Shown here: positions 28,001 to 39,663 of the stretch, in pieces
Layout: each line of letters starts with the position of its first letter
Position numbering within the stretch: position 1 is the first letter of the stretch
Source: Zancudomyces culisetae HAW-14-8
Lineage: Eukaryota > Fungi > Kickxellomycota
DNA length: 64,000 nt
Direction: 5' to 3'
NCBI GenBank assembly: GCA_052426225.1
Contig: JBNJNM010000011.1
Location: 1,736,001 to 1,800,000 of the forward strand
Notes under the pieces: model-generated
Told to the model about the DNA's origin: nothing
The model's database searches: none
What the model saw: the letters and a program-made list of their open reading frames with translations, nothing else
Position numbers and translations under genes: made by a program

Positions 28001-30703
28001 AATTCTACATCTACATCCACATCCAATAATAATAATAACAATAATAATACTCGTTCTTTTGCAAATTCTTCTTCTTCTTCCATTACAAATGCTAACAATC
28101 CTTTTACCAAGGATGAAATGGCCGAAATTCTAAAGTTTGGAGCCAAAAACATGTTTCAACAATCTTCCGATACCGAAAAACCCAAGTCATTGGAAGAGTT
28201 TGATTTGGATTCGGTTCTTGAAGCTGCTGAGCAAACCGAGACCCTGACAAACGGGATGGCTGAAGAGTTTTTGTCGCAGTTTAAAGTTGCTGATGTTGAT
28301 GGATTATCTCTAGAGTATGAGCAATTAAAGTCTGAATCTTGGAATGATATTATTCCCGAACAAGAACGGTTGAAACTTGCTAATGAACAAATGGAACGTG
28401 ATTTGAATTTGGTTCCTTCCGAATCCAAACGACGGAAAAAGAAACGAATTATTTATAGCGAATCCTTTGGTACTGGTAGTACTTCAAAAGCCAACACTAA
28501 CAGTAACAACAATAACAACAATAACAATGATGATGATTATTCTTCATCCTCATCTCTTGATAATTCAAATACTCGTAAACGTCAACCTAGTATAAAGACA
28601 AATGATCCAAATGTCTTAACCGATAAAGAATTCCGAGCACTGGTCAAGTCGATTCTGCGATTTGGTCGTGGCGAGTCGCCTTTATTGTTATCCAAACTCA
28701 TTGCTGATTCCGATTTGTCACACAAGACTGGCTTGTTGATTAAAGATACTATCTCTGAACTAATCAATGTATGTAAAGAAGCCATTTCCAAGACTTCTCA
28801 TAACGACGCAGCCGAAACCCCCGAGTCTTCTTTGAACAAGTCTGTGCTTCTGACTTATCGCAATTCACAAATCAATGCATCTTTGATTCTTCAACGCATT
28901 TCTGATTTCCATAACCTCCACCTGCTATTATCTTCTCTTGATCCTATCCACAAATTCCGTATTCCTCTATCAACTTTTTCCAACACCAACACCAACACAA
29001 ACACCAATACCAATACTAACACAAACACCAACAGCAGTATCAAAAACAAAACCAGTTCCAGATCGTTACAACCTTCCAGACTGAAATTGAAACTGAAATT
29101 GAAACCCGTCAAAAACTGGGCTGTTAACTGGGGAATCAAAGAAGATAGTATGCTTTTGGTTGGTATTTATACCTACGGCTTTGGTAATTGGGAGGATATT
29201 AGTCGTGATCATGATTTGGCTTTACAATCTAAATTTTATCTTTCATCTTCATCCTCTGCTCTTGCCAACCCTGGGAGTGCTCCACGGCCTGCCCATCTAT
29301 CTCGAAGAGCTGATTATCTATTCAAATTCATTTCCTCCATTACTCACCCTTCAAAGCTTTTATTCCCAAATCTCAATTCCTCTTTTAACGGTCTTGACAA
29401 TTCCAACTATCAAAACTCCACTGCTTCTCCTCTACATCATCATTCTTTGGATTACTCATCATCAAATCTCAACAATACTAATACCTTCACTTCTTCTTCA
29501 GCGTTTGATCATCATGGTCGCCGTGATTCATCGTTCTCTAACGCTGCAATGGATGAAGGTGGTAGTGGTCATACAGCGCATACTTCAACTGGTGCTAATT
29601 CTTCCCATACTGCTGCATCGGGCTCCAACGACCCATCTTCTCACCATGAAGAAGGTCAAGTTAGCGAATATGAATCAATGGATGAGCTTGAGTGTAAGGA
29701 TCTTTTGACTCCTGTACACCATTTCTTGAGGCGATTAAAAGATGGCAGCGACAAAGTTGATACCAAGGACAAGAAGATCCGTTTGATTTCCCAGTGTCTA
29801 TTGCCTATTGGTCGACATATCCGTTCCGTTATTGAACGACGCCTGGGGAGATGTAGGAAGTCTGACAAGGCTCAAATCAAAGCTGTCCATGATCTGAATA
29901 AACATTTGTGGGTTTATGTGACTTATCATTGGAGTCGACCAATTAGCCATAAACAAATGTTGAATTTGTTTGAAAAACTTGAGCTTAAAAAAGTCAATAC
30001 TTCTACTACTTCTACTACTTCTATCACTACTAATACTACTACTACCTCCATTTCTACTCCTACTTCCATTTCTACCCCTATCCCTACCCCTACCCTTAAC
30101 CCTACCCTTAACCCTACCCTTAACCTTACTTCTACTCTGCCTTTGTCTATGTCTAATCCTTCTGCTTCCATTTCTACTCCATCCTCTTCTATTGCCAACT
30201 CTAATATTAACTCCTCCCTTGCACTTAACTCAAGTTCCAACTCAAATACAGCCTCAAATCTTAATAGTGGTACAAATCTCAACTCTAATTCCAATCCTAA
30301 TCCCAATACTAATCTTGGTAGTGGTGGTAGTGGTGGTGGTAGTGGTAATACTGGTTCTAGTACAAATTTCACTAATACCAATAATAACCAGCAAAAACAT
30401 TTACATCCTCAACGTCATCCTCACTCTCACTCTCACTCTCACTCCCATTCCCATCCACATCCACATCCCCACTCTCACTCTCACTCTCATCCACACTCTC
30501 AATCTTACTCTCAATCTCACTCCCACCATCATTCGTACCAACATCATCTAAACAATCCAAATACTCAACGACATGGAGGTTATTCTTACCAACATTCGCA
30601 CTCTAACAACAACAACAGCAGCAACAACAACAGCAACAGCAATAGCAATAAAAATTATCAAAATAAGTACTCGTCACCTTCTACAAACCGACGCTTTTAT
30701 TAA
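25010..30703 (+). CDS. CHD1: chromodomain helicase DNA-binding protein Chd1/Hrp3
   Basis: Tandem chromodomains (FYVKWKGWSYRHSTW, EYLVKW), Snf2 ATPase (GILADEMGLGKT, DEAHRLKN, QAMARAHRIGQ), SANT/SLIDE (WGIKEDSMLLVGIYTYGFGNW) and a CHCT-like C-terminal helical domain. Start at first ATG; an upstream exon is not excluded. Confidence 0.95.
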   Translation: MQVDEATIDRTTKQTEEAVRMNNVGGGRMMEEGGSDVFEELDGEEEIYRKTGGTPTVRGSDSDINSTEGEGSPVVHKTNRTQQGFYSHNNNNNNKNNNNVFDSASDSELDLDLDMEGYSSSSASEKEKQDDEYMESDAFSEEEEEEEQDSDDTSDEEWGKKATSKKKRSVKKTKKTGNRNMVADRNRGAKATKKRRVDSDSDSEDSEYTEGRGSRRTNKKKNKKRRYEEYSGGGTNSNSNSESDFEYRGKRGSGYGRKARATTATVQSYNEQNESSAGSSFDEEMDERGGAGYGERKRAKSSKPTMVEPTIDEPGEEDIIETIKDHRLINQEKQQLEPGEEVETGAEEETSMEDINALEFYVKWKGWSYRHSTWDTYANLREYKGYKKVENYFKSVVLAEVAVLEDPETSQEVIEQTNINKEINRQIMAEFKEAERIVAERESRDPADPEGAIEYLVKWKRQPYGACTWEAGEDMRNEFAEVVDRYVDRSNSDKVAYRSSKYGRKRPTYQRIPTQPKYLTGGELRDYQLTSLNWMAHLWSRNENGILADEMGLGKTVQTISFLAYLFYSMQVYGPYLVIVPLSTIGSWQREFAKWAPDMNVISYTDDGRSRAIAREYEFWEDGNRDKIKFNALLTTYELVLKDRDVLKDIKWAFMAIDEAHRLKNSDSQLHEALRSFKVANMLLVTGTPLQNSVKELVTLCRFLMPDKFDDLDIDLDIKMANDPEQTKTIGELHRRLKPYMLRRLKKDVEKSLPLKTERILRVELAAMQVHYYKNILTRNYAVLNKGVSGAGQLSLLNVMVELKKASNHPFLFPNAEVISANDSIADQLRGIVLNSGKMMLLDKLLTRLRQGGHRVLVFSQMVRMLDIISDYLSYKSLPFQRLDGSVSSEQRKKSIEHFNMPNSVDFCFLLSTRAGGLGINLETADTVIIFDSDWNPQNDLQAMARAHRIGQKKQVSVYRFVSKGTIEEEILDRAKRKMVLEYCIIKGMDTSGLNLSNSTSTSTSNNNNNNNNTRSFANSSSSSITNANNPFTKDEMAEILKFGAKNMFQQSSDTEKPKSLEEFDLDSVLEAAEQTETLTNGMAEEFLSQFKVADVDGLSLEYEQLKSESWNDIIPEQERLKLANEQMERDLNLVPSESKRRKKKRIIYSESFGTGSTSKANTNSNNNNNNNNDDDYSSSSSLDNSNTRKRQPSIKTNDPNVLTDKEFRALVKSILRFGRGESPLLLSKLIADSDLSHKTGLLIKDTISELINVCKEAISKTSHNDAAETPESSLNKSVLLTYRNSQINASLILQRISDFHNLHLLLSSLDPIHKFRIPLSTFSNTNTNTNTNTNTNTNTNSSIKNKTSSRSLQPSRLKLKLKLKPVKNWAVNWGIKEDSMLLVGIYTYGFGNWEDISRDHDLALQSKFYLSSSSSALANPGSAPRPAHLSRRADYLFKFISSITHPSKLLFPNLNSSFNGLDNSNYQNSTASPLHHHSLDYSSSNLNNTNTFTSSSAFDHHGRRDSSFSNAAMDEGGSGHTAHTSTGANSSHTAASGSNDPSSHHEEGQVSEYESMDELECKDLLTPVHHFLRRLKDGSDKVDTKDKKIRLISQCLLPIGRHIRSVIERRLGRCRKSDKAQIKAVHDLNKHLWVYVTYHWSRPISHKQMLNLFEKLELKKVNTSTTSTTSITTNTTTTSISTPTSISTPIPTPTLNPTLNPTLNLTSTLPLSMSNPSASISTPSSSIANSNINSSLALNSSSNSNTASNLNSGTNLNSNSNPNPNTNLGSGGSGGGSGNTGSSTNFTNTNNNQQKHLHPQRHPHSHSHSHSHSHPHPHPHSHSHSHPHSQSYSQSHSHHHSYQHHLNNPNTQRHGGYSYQHSHSNNNNSSNNNSNSNSNKNYQNKYSSPSTNRRFY

Positions 30704-30722
30704 AAATATAACAATACAAAAA

Positions 30723-30866
30723 ATTTCTATTTCTATTTCTATTTCTATTTCTATTTATAATGTGATTGTTACTATACTTTATACTTTGATTTATATTTTG
30801 TTCATATTTAAATTTCAAATCTTTGACCTGACACACACACACACACACTCTCTCTCTCTCTCTCTA
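30723..30866. repeat. microsatellites (ATTTCT)n, (CA)n and (CT)n
   Basis: Directly visible downstream of the CHD1 stop. Confidence 0.85.
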
Positions 30867-31091
30867 TCTTTTTTCTTGTTTTAGTTTACACGTGTTTTTA
30901 TTAAATTGTAAAAGAAACTACTAGTGGAAAATAAAGAAATAAAAAAAAAGTATACTTGTATACTAAACTATTATATCGTAACCTACTAAATCCTCTTCCT
31001 CTTCCCCCTCCCACATCCCACATCCACACAGACGTGGATATAAGTGTATTATTTTTATTTTTATTTTTATTTTTATGTCCCCCTTTCATAC

Positions 31092-31736
31092 TTACTCATT
31101 CTTGCTCTTTGCAGTACCATCACTACCTGTTTGCTTGAATTCCTTGATCTTTTGGATAATTTCATTATTCATCTCTTCACAAAACTCCTTTCTGTACCCC
31201 AAGGTAAACAAAATTTCGAGGAACACAAAGAAAGGTGCCATAGCAAAGGCTTGTAGCAAGTTATCAAACAATGCTGGCGCACGCTTCTCAAATGTAAAGT
31301 GGCCAATGAACTGGACGGCCCAGGAGACAAAAAACACAATCGTTGTGTAGTACATTGCGGTGCTGGGTTCACTAGCATAGTACGCAACGAATTTGAAAGA
31401 AGCACCCAAAATACTCGAGAATATCGGAAGAAATAGCAGTGCAGCGATGGGATCGAGTATAAAGTAATACAGCATATACACAAAACCGTAAATATCAACA
31501 TGGCGTAGCCCGCTGGCAGTAATTCCAAGGCTTGTGCTAAGTGCCGCTTTTACTGATTCGGGGTATTCAAATGCGAGCGAACCGCCCGTATACAGCGTAA
31601 TGTAGTTAGAGAATGTCCACAGAATAGTTGGTACAAAGATTATGTGGATAATAACGTTGGTTAGGTTGTAGTGATACTCGCCATATTTGACAAATTGAGT
31701 TCGCAAGTCAAAGATTTTGGATATTTGCATTGACAT
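31092..31736 (-). CDS. MPO1: Mpo1/YGL010W-like (DUF962) membrane protein, 2-hydroxy fatty acid dioxygenase family
   Basis: YGEYH..TNVIIHIIFVP and WAVQFIGHFTFEKRAPALFDNLLQAFAMAPFFVFLE family motifs. Confidence 0.9.
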   Translation of the reverse strand: MSMQISKIFDLRTQFVKYGEYHYNLTNVIIHIIFVPTILWTFSNYITLYTGGSLAFEYPESVKAALSTSLGITASGLRHVDIYGFVYMLYYFILDPIAALLFLPIFSSILGASFKFVAYYASEPSTAMYYTTIVFFVSWAVQFIGHFTFEKRAPALFDNLLQAFAMAPFFVFLEILFTLGYRKEFCEEMNNEIIQKIKEFKQTGSDGTAKSKNE

Positions 31737-31765
31737 TTTTTCTTTCCTTTCCTTTTCTTTCCTCT

Positions 31766-31821
31766 TGTTTTGTTTTGTTTTGTTTTGTTTTGTTTTGTTT
31801 TGTTTTGTTTTGTTTTGTTTT
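31766..31821. repeat. (GTTTT)n pentamer microsatellite upstream of MPO1
   Basis: About 11 contiguous GTTTT units. Confidence 0.9.
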
Positions 31822-32994
31822 ATAAATTGTATAATTTATAGTTTTCTTTTCTTTATAAATATATATATTTTTCTCTCTCTCTCTCTCCTTAGTACCGGTA
31901 AAAAAAAAAGTAGTGCTATTTATACTGGCCGTTTAAGAAATGTTTTCTTTTCACGAGATTGTTTAATTTTACTTGTACATATATCATTTTTGTGTTTCAG
32001 GATTTTTTTTTTCATTTCTTGCATTTTTTCCATTTTTTCTAACTCTCGCATTTTTTTTTCCTTTTTTTTTTCATGTGATGTGGTTTAATGCAATGTAATG
32101 TAATTTAATGTGATTTGATTTGGTTTGGTTTTAGGTTTTGATTATTCAATTTATTCCGATTATTTTATTTTTTTATCAATGCATTATTTTAATTATATAC
32201 ACTTTTTTTTTTCTTTTTTACACATAAAACACAAATCAACCATAAAAAAAATAAAGTCATCATTTTTCAAATGCAGGTATATAACAACATTTGGTTAAAT
32301 CTTTGATTAACCAGAAAAGCTTACTAATAATAATTCTATATACATATGTTCTATTTTACCTGAATTGTGAAAAGGAGGCAGAGTGGTAATGTAATTAGAC
32401 TTTCTAAGTACGGCGTATTTATTAAATTATACTAATCTTTCCTTCTCCCCTTTCCCTCACCCCTTCCCCTCCTCCTTTTTCCCCCCTTTCCTTTCATTCC
32501 ACAATTTTCAAGAATCCAAATAATAACGGGAAAAAAAGAGAAAAAAAAGACATGTAAGAAGGCTTTTCCAATAAATTACCGGAGAGAGAGGAGAAAGAGT
32601 TAGAGATCTCATATCCTTTACTTTGATTCAAAATTATTCATAATCTGAGGTGAATGTTTTTGGTTTCGGATATGTCGCTAGTTGAACATATCCAAAATAA
32701 ATAAATAAATCTAAAACAAATAATGATGTTATCACATGTATGTTTGTAGCATAAAAGAAATTACTAGCGGAAAATCAAAATTGCTCGTACATTAAACTTA
32801 CCCATTGTGACCTTGCCTATTTACCCCTTTTCCCTTCTCCTCAATAAAAATAAATAATAATCTGAATCTGAATCTGAATATTTCCATAAGCACAAGCACA
32901 AGCACAAGTACAAGTACAAGTACACTCACATGCATACACATACACAGACACTAATGAGTATATGCAAGTATATTGTCTGTGTATTATCATCAAC

Positions 32995-33610
32995 CTACGT
33001 ATTCTTGCTCTTTGAAATACTATTATCACTTGTTTGTTGAAACTCCATTCTGTGTCCCAAAGTTTTACTTACTTTAGGAAATACAAAGAAAGGTGCTCCA
33101 TGGCAAATGCTTGTACCAAGTTATCAGACAATACAGGTACACGCTTCTCAAATGCAAAGTGGCCAACAAACTCAACAGGTTCACGAAACAAAAAAAGATA
33201 ATGATTGTTTAATACATGTGGTGGTGCTGGGTTCATTAGCAGTATCATCCTACAAATCTAAAGAAATCGTTCAAAATGCTCATAATCAATCAAAATTTAT
33301 AACAGTACGATGGTCAAATTGCGAATTACATAGTACAATAAGTGTATTGCTGCATAAACTTTGACAAAGCTTGGACCACTGGCAGTAATTTCAAAGTGTG
33401 TTTGTAAGAACAGATTGTACAGACTCAGAGGTATTTAAATTAGAACTCTACCACCCCATATACACAGCGCTGTAGTTGGAAAAGATCCAAAAACAGGGTT
33501 GGTACAAAGATAATGTGGATAATCATGATTGTGGAAGTAGTTTTGGTACTCGCCATACTTGGTAGACTTGGGCTTACAAATCAAGGAATGGTAGAAAGCT
33601 GAGTGAACAT
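32995..33610 (-). pseudogene. degraded tandem copy of MPO1
   Basis: Collinear similarity to 31092-31736 (attcttgctctttg; caagttatca; cacgcttctcaaatg.aaagtggccaa; ggtacaaaga; tactcgccata) with a deletion near the 3' end, small indels and no long ORF. Confidence 0.85.
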
Positions 33611-34149
33611 GACCTTTCACTTTCACTTTCACTTTCACTTTTCCTTTTCATTTTGCTCATAATGATAACAGGAAGATTCAAAGAGATGTATTTTCTTGTA
33701 GTTTTTCACTAAATTCGCCAAAACACTGCAAGTAACACTGGTTTCTAAGCACACAGTATATTGATTGTTGTGGTAAGTTGTTCTTTCTATATAAAGATTA
33801 TTTAAATTCAGGCAGTTTTAGATGAGTATAGCTTGTCTTGAAGTATACAGAATGTTACGTAGTATTGATAAAACAAAAATATCACATAGCATATCACATA
33901 GACCACACACACACATTTGCCAAAACCTATTGTCGGATAGCTCAAATATATTCTGGATTTATCCCATGTCATCTTTAAGCACCGAATCACTAACTTTTTA
34001 ATTTTCCATTATTATTATTATAGATCTCTACCACTATTAATTCAAAAATACTAAAATGAATATTATAGGTGAAATATTGCTCCTCATATCAATTTGTTTT
34101 TACCATGTGGTGGAGGGAAAAAAAGCGAATAAATGAATAAATGAAAGCG

Positions 34150-34690
34150 CTAATCTTGGCAATCCGGGTATCCACAATACACACTATATTGACCGTTGCT
34201 TCGACATACTGTTCCAGGCCCACACACCATAAGAATAAAATTATCAAAATTACACTGTAGAAACTGTGGTTGGTCATGGCCCATACAATGGTACATTACT
34301 CCCGAACACTTTCCACCGACTATTTTTACACATTATATAATTATTTTTTAAATATATTAGCAATAGCCTACCTATACCAATTTACAAAAAGTACTTACTA
34401 ACTAGTTCTGGAAACGTGCCCTGAATATTGACAAGCTCATCGGTTTTGTTAACGGTTGGTAAATTCTCGCCCTCTTCATCATCTAATGACTTGACTCGTG
34501 GTATTTTAAACAAAGGAGTATCGGATTCTGCATTATCCTGTGTTTCCAGTGTCAACTGTGTATCTAAATTTCCCCTGTGTATCGGGTTTCCCAGTCCTAC
34601 CAATGGTATCTTATGATATATACTGATGAGGCAACACGCCAATACTATCTTTGCCAGAATTCTGCTTATTTGCTTTAAAATTCTTGCCAT
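34150..34690 (-). CDS. secreted CBM19-like protein, paralogue of 284-1159; exons 34690-34399, 34319-34150
   Basis: A phase-1 GTAAGT...TAG intron joins ...FPELV to IGGKCSGVMYHCMGHDQPQFLQCNFDNFILMVCGPGTVCRSNGQYSVYCGYPDCQD*. Exon 2 is absent from the ORF track. Confidence 0.85.
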
Positions 34691-36745
34691 TTTACTTTAA
34701 TCTTGTAATTCTATATTTTTAATATCAACTTTTTACTTGTTTGTAGTTGGTAAGATGTGTAATCAATGATGCTACTGTCAATAGTATCCTTATCTAGATA
34801 AAATACTTTTGCTTGTAATTTCAGTAAAATTGAGCACTCCAACCTGTGTATTTATAATTTTAAAAATCTCTTGGATATAAATTCTTTTATAAACCCGACA
34901 TACTTTAGTATCAAATGAAGTCAGATATTTCTATATTTTTTTGTAGCACCAGAACCAGTTTCATGTCTTTTGATAAAACCTTTTCCAGCCATCATATTGT
35001 AGAAACTATTTGGATACGCATCAGTATAGCAATGTGATTATAGAGGACACATAAGATGTTTGACCCATATGGTATCGCTCGCGTACACATATAGGCATGC
35101 ATGTTTATACTTTCATTCGGCCGACCTTTTCACGCTACACACATAGGTGAGATACCCTGGTTTTACATTCTAGTTAATATCAGATATCACAACACCACCA
35201 ATCATGTTCTTGAATATGGTACCTGTGATCTGTGACTACTTTATCATTTAATTATCTTTTTCCTGATTAAAATGTGAAGTACAGCTTGGATATTCGGCTG
35301 AGACGCCAAACACTAGATACAAAAAAACGGGAAGATGAAGCACACTTAAAGCGAGATAATATGAAAACCATGTATCACTAGCTGATCATACATTCTGGGT
35401 CCGCCAACCTTGAATTCTTACCACCATAATTATTACTTTTTGCAAAGGCCATAAATTATGATAATTTGGCATACATGAGCATTCTTAGAATTCTAGTGTA
35501 ATATCAGATGTATAAATCAAGCACTGCTTTATTTTAATTTGCTAATGAAAATAAGTCATAAAATACTGAATTTTTGTGGAATCTACTTTGACTGTCTTTA
35601 CTTTACATATCGATATCCGTCCATTGTGGCGTATCGTGCACATCAAGTGTATATCATGGTACATCGAAACAGTGTGCCATCTATTTTTTCTTTTCATTAC
35701 AAGTTTTGGAAATGAAATACACGTGATATTTTTGTAGATTGGTACTCATTGCTAGTTAAGTCACAGGTGGTATTTTTTGAATATTATCACTCTTTGTTAT
35801 AAAATTTGACTAATCACTCACCACTTACTCTTCTTTTTTTCCTACAATATCGACATCTCCCTCCCTTTCTCCGTTCATAATCTTGGTTGTTTATTTTGCT
35901 ATACGCCTCGTTTACAATAGTAGTATAAATTTTATTATCAATACGCTTTAGTAATTGTTTGACCACTCGTATAAATCATACATGAATGACCAGAGTAAAA
36001 AAATGATGGTTTAACTGTGGTGGGCAACCTAAAGACTGGCTGTCGTATTTTTATTAGTGATAACAATAGCTTTAAAAATACATACTGCAATTAGGACAAA
36101 GATAATTAGCCACACCTGATGGCAAGGTGTTAAACGAAACACAAGTTCAAGACTCTGATGTAGCACAATTATATAACCCAATCTCTATAATAATAAAATA
36201 TTTAACGACCAAAAGTTACACTGTACTAAAACGTTGATTAACATGTGAGGTAAGCAGTTAAGCGAGTTAGGTTGCAGGATTAGTTGGAAAAAATATATTA
36301 GTTCTGAGGGCAGTCCAGTGGGTTTCTTGGCGTAGAAAAAAATCTCATAGAATCTCGTCTCGTTACATCTTATCCTACATTTATATCCTATTTTGAAACA
36401 ACAAAACAACAAAATAAACCAGGTAGTATACTAAATAGTTAGAAAGGAGGACAAAGACCTGAATTTACTATTATTTTAGGTGAGGCTACGTTTCTACAAA
36501 AATAATGTTCTCTTTATTTGTGGTTTCTTTTCTAAAGACTATGGGGTTACTCGGCCGTAAAAAAGCAGACGCATTTTAATATTTCGTACCTAAAGTCAAC
36601 TATAATATTAATAAATAAGTTTTTTTATACATGCTATAGTAGCATTTTTAACCAGCTCCTCACTATTTGATGGCAACAAGAAAAGTATAATTTTCAATTT
36701 GATACCAATCTATGGTAGATTGGGACCATAACCCTTAAGTGCGGG

Positions 36746-37101
36746 TACCAGTACATTTCTGGGCAAACAGTATTACGGAAATTTTGAAGTGCGGGGAATG
36801 TGGTTTAGTTGAAAAGCTGAGATTTCTTTAATATTAATATAGTCTATATATTTTTTTGAGTAAACTGAACATTCAATCAAATTGTCCAAAAGTAAGACAA
36901 CTACAAGGGTTACTCAAAACACACCTTACAGCATCTTGGCATATAGAGCCTAAGTACAAAACGGATACAATTTCTACACTAACTTTGAATACGGCTAGTT
37001 GTATATAGATGAATGTCATCCCATTTCAAATATTTTGCTAGTTGAAATTATAAATCTACTTTTTTGTTTTCAAAAGATATAAACAAACTAACGAGATAAT
37101 A
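36746..37101 (+). repeat. duplicated upstream block, copy 1 (near-identical to 44656-45010)
   Basis: About 355 bp aligning with few substitutions, lying upstream of a 7TM paralogue. Confidence 0.92.
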
Positions 37102-37254
37102 TTTTAAAAAATATTACAGAGTGTAAATCAGTCATACACTAACTATAAACGGCATTATAGCATAGATCGAGAGAGATAGCGGCATTAAACATTGTACTTT
37201 ACGAGATTTCGAATATATCTGTCACGATAATGAAATAAAAGGAAAATAAAAAAA

Positions 37255-38361
37255 ATGGGTGTTGAAAAAAACTCTGAAGTAGAAATAATTCAAATAACAA
37301 TCGTCTCAATCGTTATAGTCATAGGCTTATTCACTGTTTTTTGGTACTTTTTTCTTCTAATAGTCGACAGAAAAACAGTTAACAGAGTGATTATTAGGAT
37401 GATAGTAATAATACAAGCTGCTGATATCACTTGGCTAATCGCACATCTTTTGCTTTTAATTAACACCGGGTATTCAAATTTCTGCAGATCTACAACTATT
37501 ATTCTTCAGTTTTTTTTAATGCTTCAGTTGTATTTGGGCGTCGGGCTTACATTTCATTTGGTTCTTATATTCAGGTTTCAAAAAAAAAACATTGAGTGGT
37601 ATGAGATATGGTACTACGTTATTGCAGTTGTGATATCTGCACTATCGCTTATACAGTCTTTTCTGGGAAATGAGGAAATTCAAACCGAATTAAAAAGATG
37701 TGGTTATATTTTTTTAGGCGGTAAAGGTTTTCAGACAGCAATAATATCATATTATGTGTTAAGCGTTATAGGTACCGTTGTAACTGCAGTGCTTATAGTA
37801 ATGCTTTTTCGTGGAATAGCAGAATCTCGCGAACCATCTCATGAGAAAGTCGATGGCCACGTTAACTTTCGCAACCGTATTTCAAACATAAATAGAAAGT
37901 ATAACAATACTTTACTACGGCGAACGTTCAAAAGATTATTATGGTTCCCAATCCTTCCTATATCTTTTACAATTTCGATATTAGTTAACGTAATAGTGGA
38001 GGCAAGTGATAACGTAATCCCATCGGCAATATACAGTGTTGAAGCATTTTTGGTAGTTCTAGGAGAGTTGGGTGCTACCTTTATGTTTTTTGGGGATCCA
38101 ATTATCAAAAGAACTTTACAGGATGATAGAGAGCTCCATAATCTAAAAAAATTTATATTGAGGATAACAGGTAAACAAATAGAAATAGAAAGCCATGATG
38201 ATTTGGGAATTAACACAGGTAACAGTGAAGATAGTAATGAGTTGGGAAATATTACTAGTAGTGATGAAAGTAATAGCGAACCAGAAAATAATCCAAATAA
38301 TGAAAGTTACAATCAAACATCAAATGCTGCTAGTAGGATTAGTGAAATAGAAAGTTTATAG
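37255..38361 (+). CDS. 7TM GPCR-like protein (cAMP-receptor/Git3-like), paralogue 1
   Basis: Seven hydrophobic segments; Cys at the top of TM3 (SNFC) and in ECL2 (RCGY); RLLWFP at TM6; DP at the end of TM7. Confidence 0.8.
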   Translation: MGVEKNSEVEIIQITIVSIVIVIGLFTVFWYFFLLIVDRKTVNRVIIRMIVIIQAADITWLIAHLLLLINTGYSNFCRSTTIILQFFLMLQLYLGVGLTFHLVLIFRFQKKNIEWYEIWYYVIAVVISALSLIQSFLGNEEIQTELKRCGYIFLGGKGFQTAIISYYVLSVIGTVVTAVLIVMLFRGIAESREPSHEKVDGHVNFRNRISNINRKYNNTLLRRTFKRLLWFPILPISFTISILVNVIVEASDNVIPSAIYSVEAFLVVLGELGATFMFFGDPIIKRTLQDDRELHNLKKFILRITGKQIEIESHDDLGINTGNSEDSNELGNITSSDESNSEPENNPNNESYNQTSNAASRISEIESL

Positions 38362-39663
38362 TTGTATAAAAGTGAATATAGTTAACTTGTATTATATTTT
38401 TTTAGCTGTACCCGTTGAAATTCGTTTTAGACTTGAGTTTTACTTTATGTTTCATTTAGCAAAATTAACAAAGAAAAAAATAGTATCAAATAGAGTAAAA
38501 TAAAGAACCTAAATAAGGAGCAACAATTCGTTTAGTGTATATTACAATGGTTCAATGTCAAGATTGCCACAAGATACTATTTGGCTTTTATTTAGAAAGA
38601 TAATATTAGATTGCTTAGGCTGTCCTGGCTATAAAAAGATATTTGAATAAATTTCAGATAGGTACCGCTGTAAGACCAATCAAATATTTAGCAAAGAGTA
38701 TTGGTGAAATATGTACACATTGATATCACGTTGAGGTATACTACATAATTTCTCGCTTATGTCTTGTAATAGTGCTTATCCGTACGACTTGTATATCAAT
38801 AATTATAATTGTATTTTATCTTTTTTTTACCTTATAAGTATATAATTCAAGGAGGACGCGAAAATGGTTTTGTTTTTTACAGTTTATTTACCGCGAACAA
38901 TTCAATGATATTATTCTATCTTCATTATATATGATTCTATGTGTTATTTATCCAAAAAAAGTATTTGCATGATATTTGTATAAAAAACTAATGGTAGAAT
39001 TTTCTAAAGCATGTTTAAAAAAATTCATCTTTGCTCTTATTTCCATGATGCTTATTATGATCTTTTAAAACGGAAACATCTGCACTTATAAACTATTTCG
39101 CGATTTGTGAGATGGTTTAATCATTATATACCAACAGATTTTTGTTGACAGAGATCCCCAAATATAAATGTTTATTTCAAAGCGCAAAGCAGAAAAGATG
39201 GCGGGTCATCTGGAATATTTATTAGCTGGAACTGATCCCATCTTATAAGATTGAAAGGAACATGCGTATTTACAAAGCTGAGAGAAAAAAATGCCAATAG
39301 GAGTCTAGTTGGCTTGATCATTGCTTTTTGGATAAATGAAAGCAGTAATACCAATGTGGTACAGTCAGCCAAAAACCAAAATCGCCATTATTAAATTTAC
39401 ATACTATTTTTATTACACTTTACATTTTTTCTAATGTAAATTTGATATTGTAGCTGAATCAATATTATTGATGCTTGGATAGCAAAATTATAACAGAAAA
39501 CTAAATGAGTAACAGCAATAACGTTAAATGTATTAGATATACCTATTTAACAAATATAAATACAGTACTATAGTAAATGAATACTAGAATACATCGAGGA
39601 ATATAACAAATAAGATCCTAGTATTCATACCAACTTATACTACATAGTGATGAATTGAAGTAT

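Noticed and set aside
25200-30560. Many antisense and alternative-frame ORFs over CHD1 (likewise over SEC3, DBP2 and GCN1)
   Set aside because: Low-complexity shadows of the skewed coding strand, with no independent protein signal.
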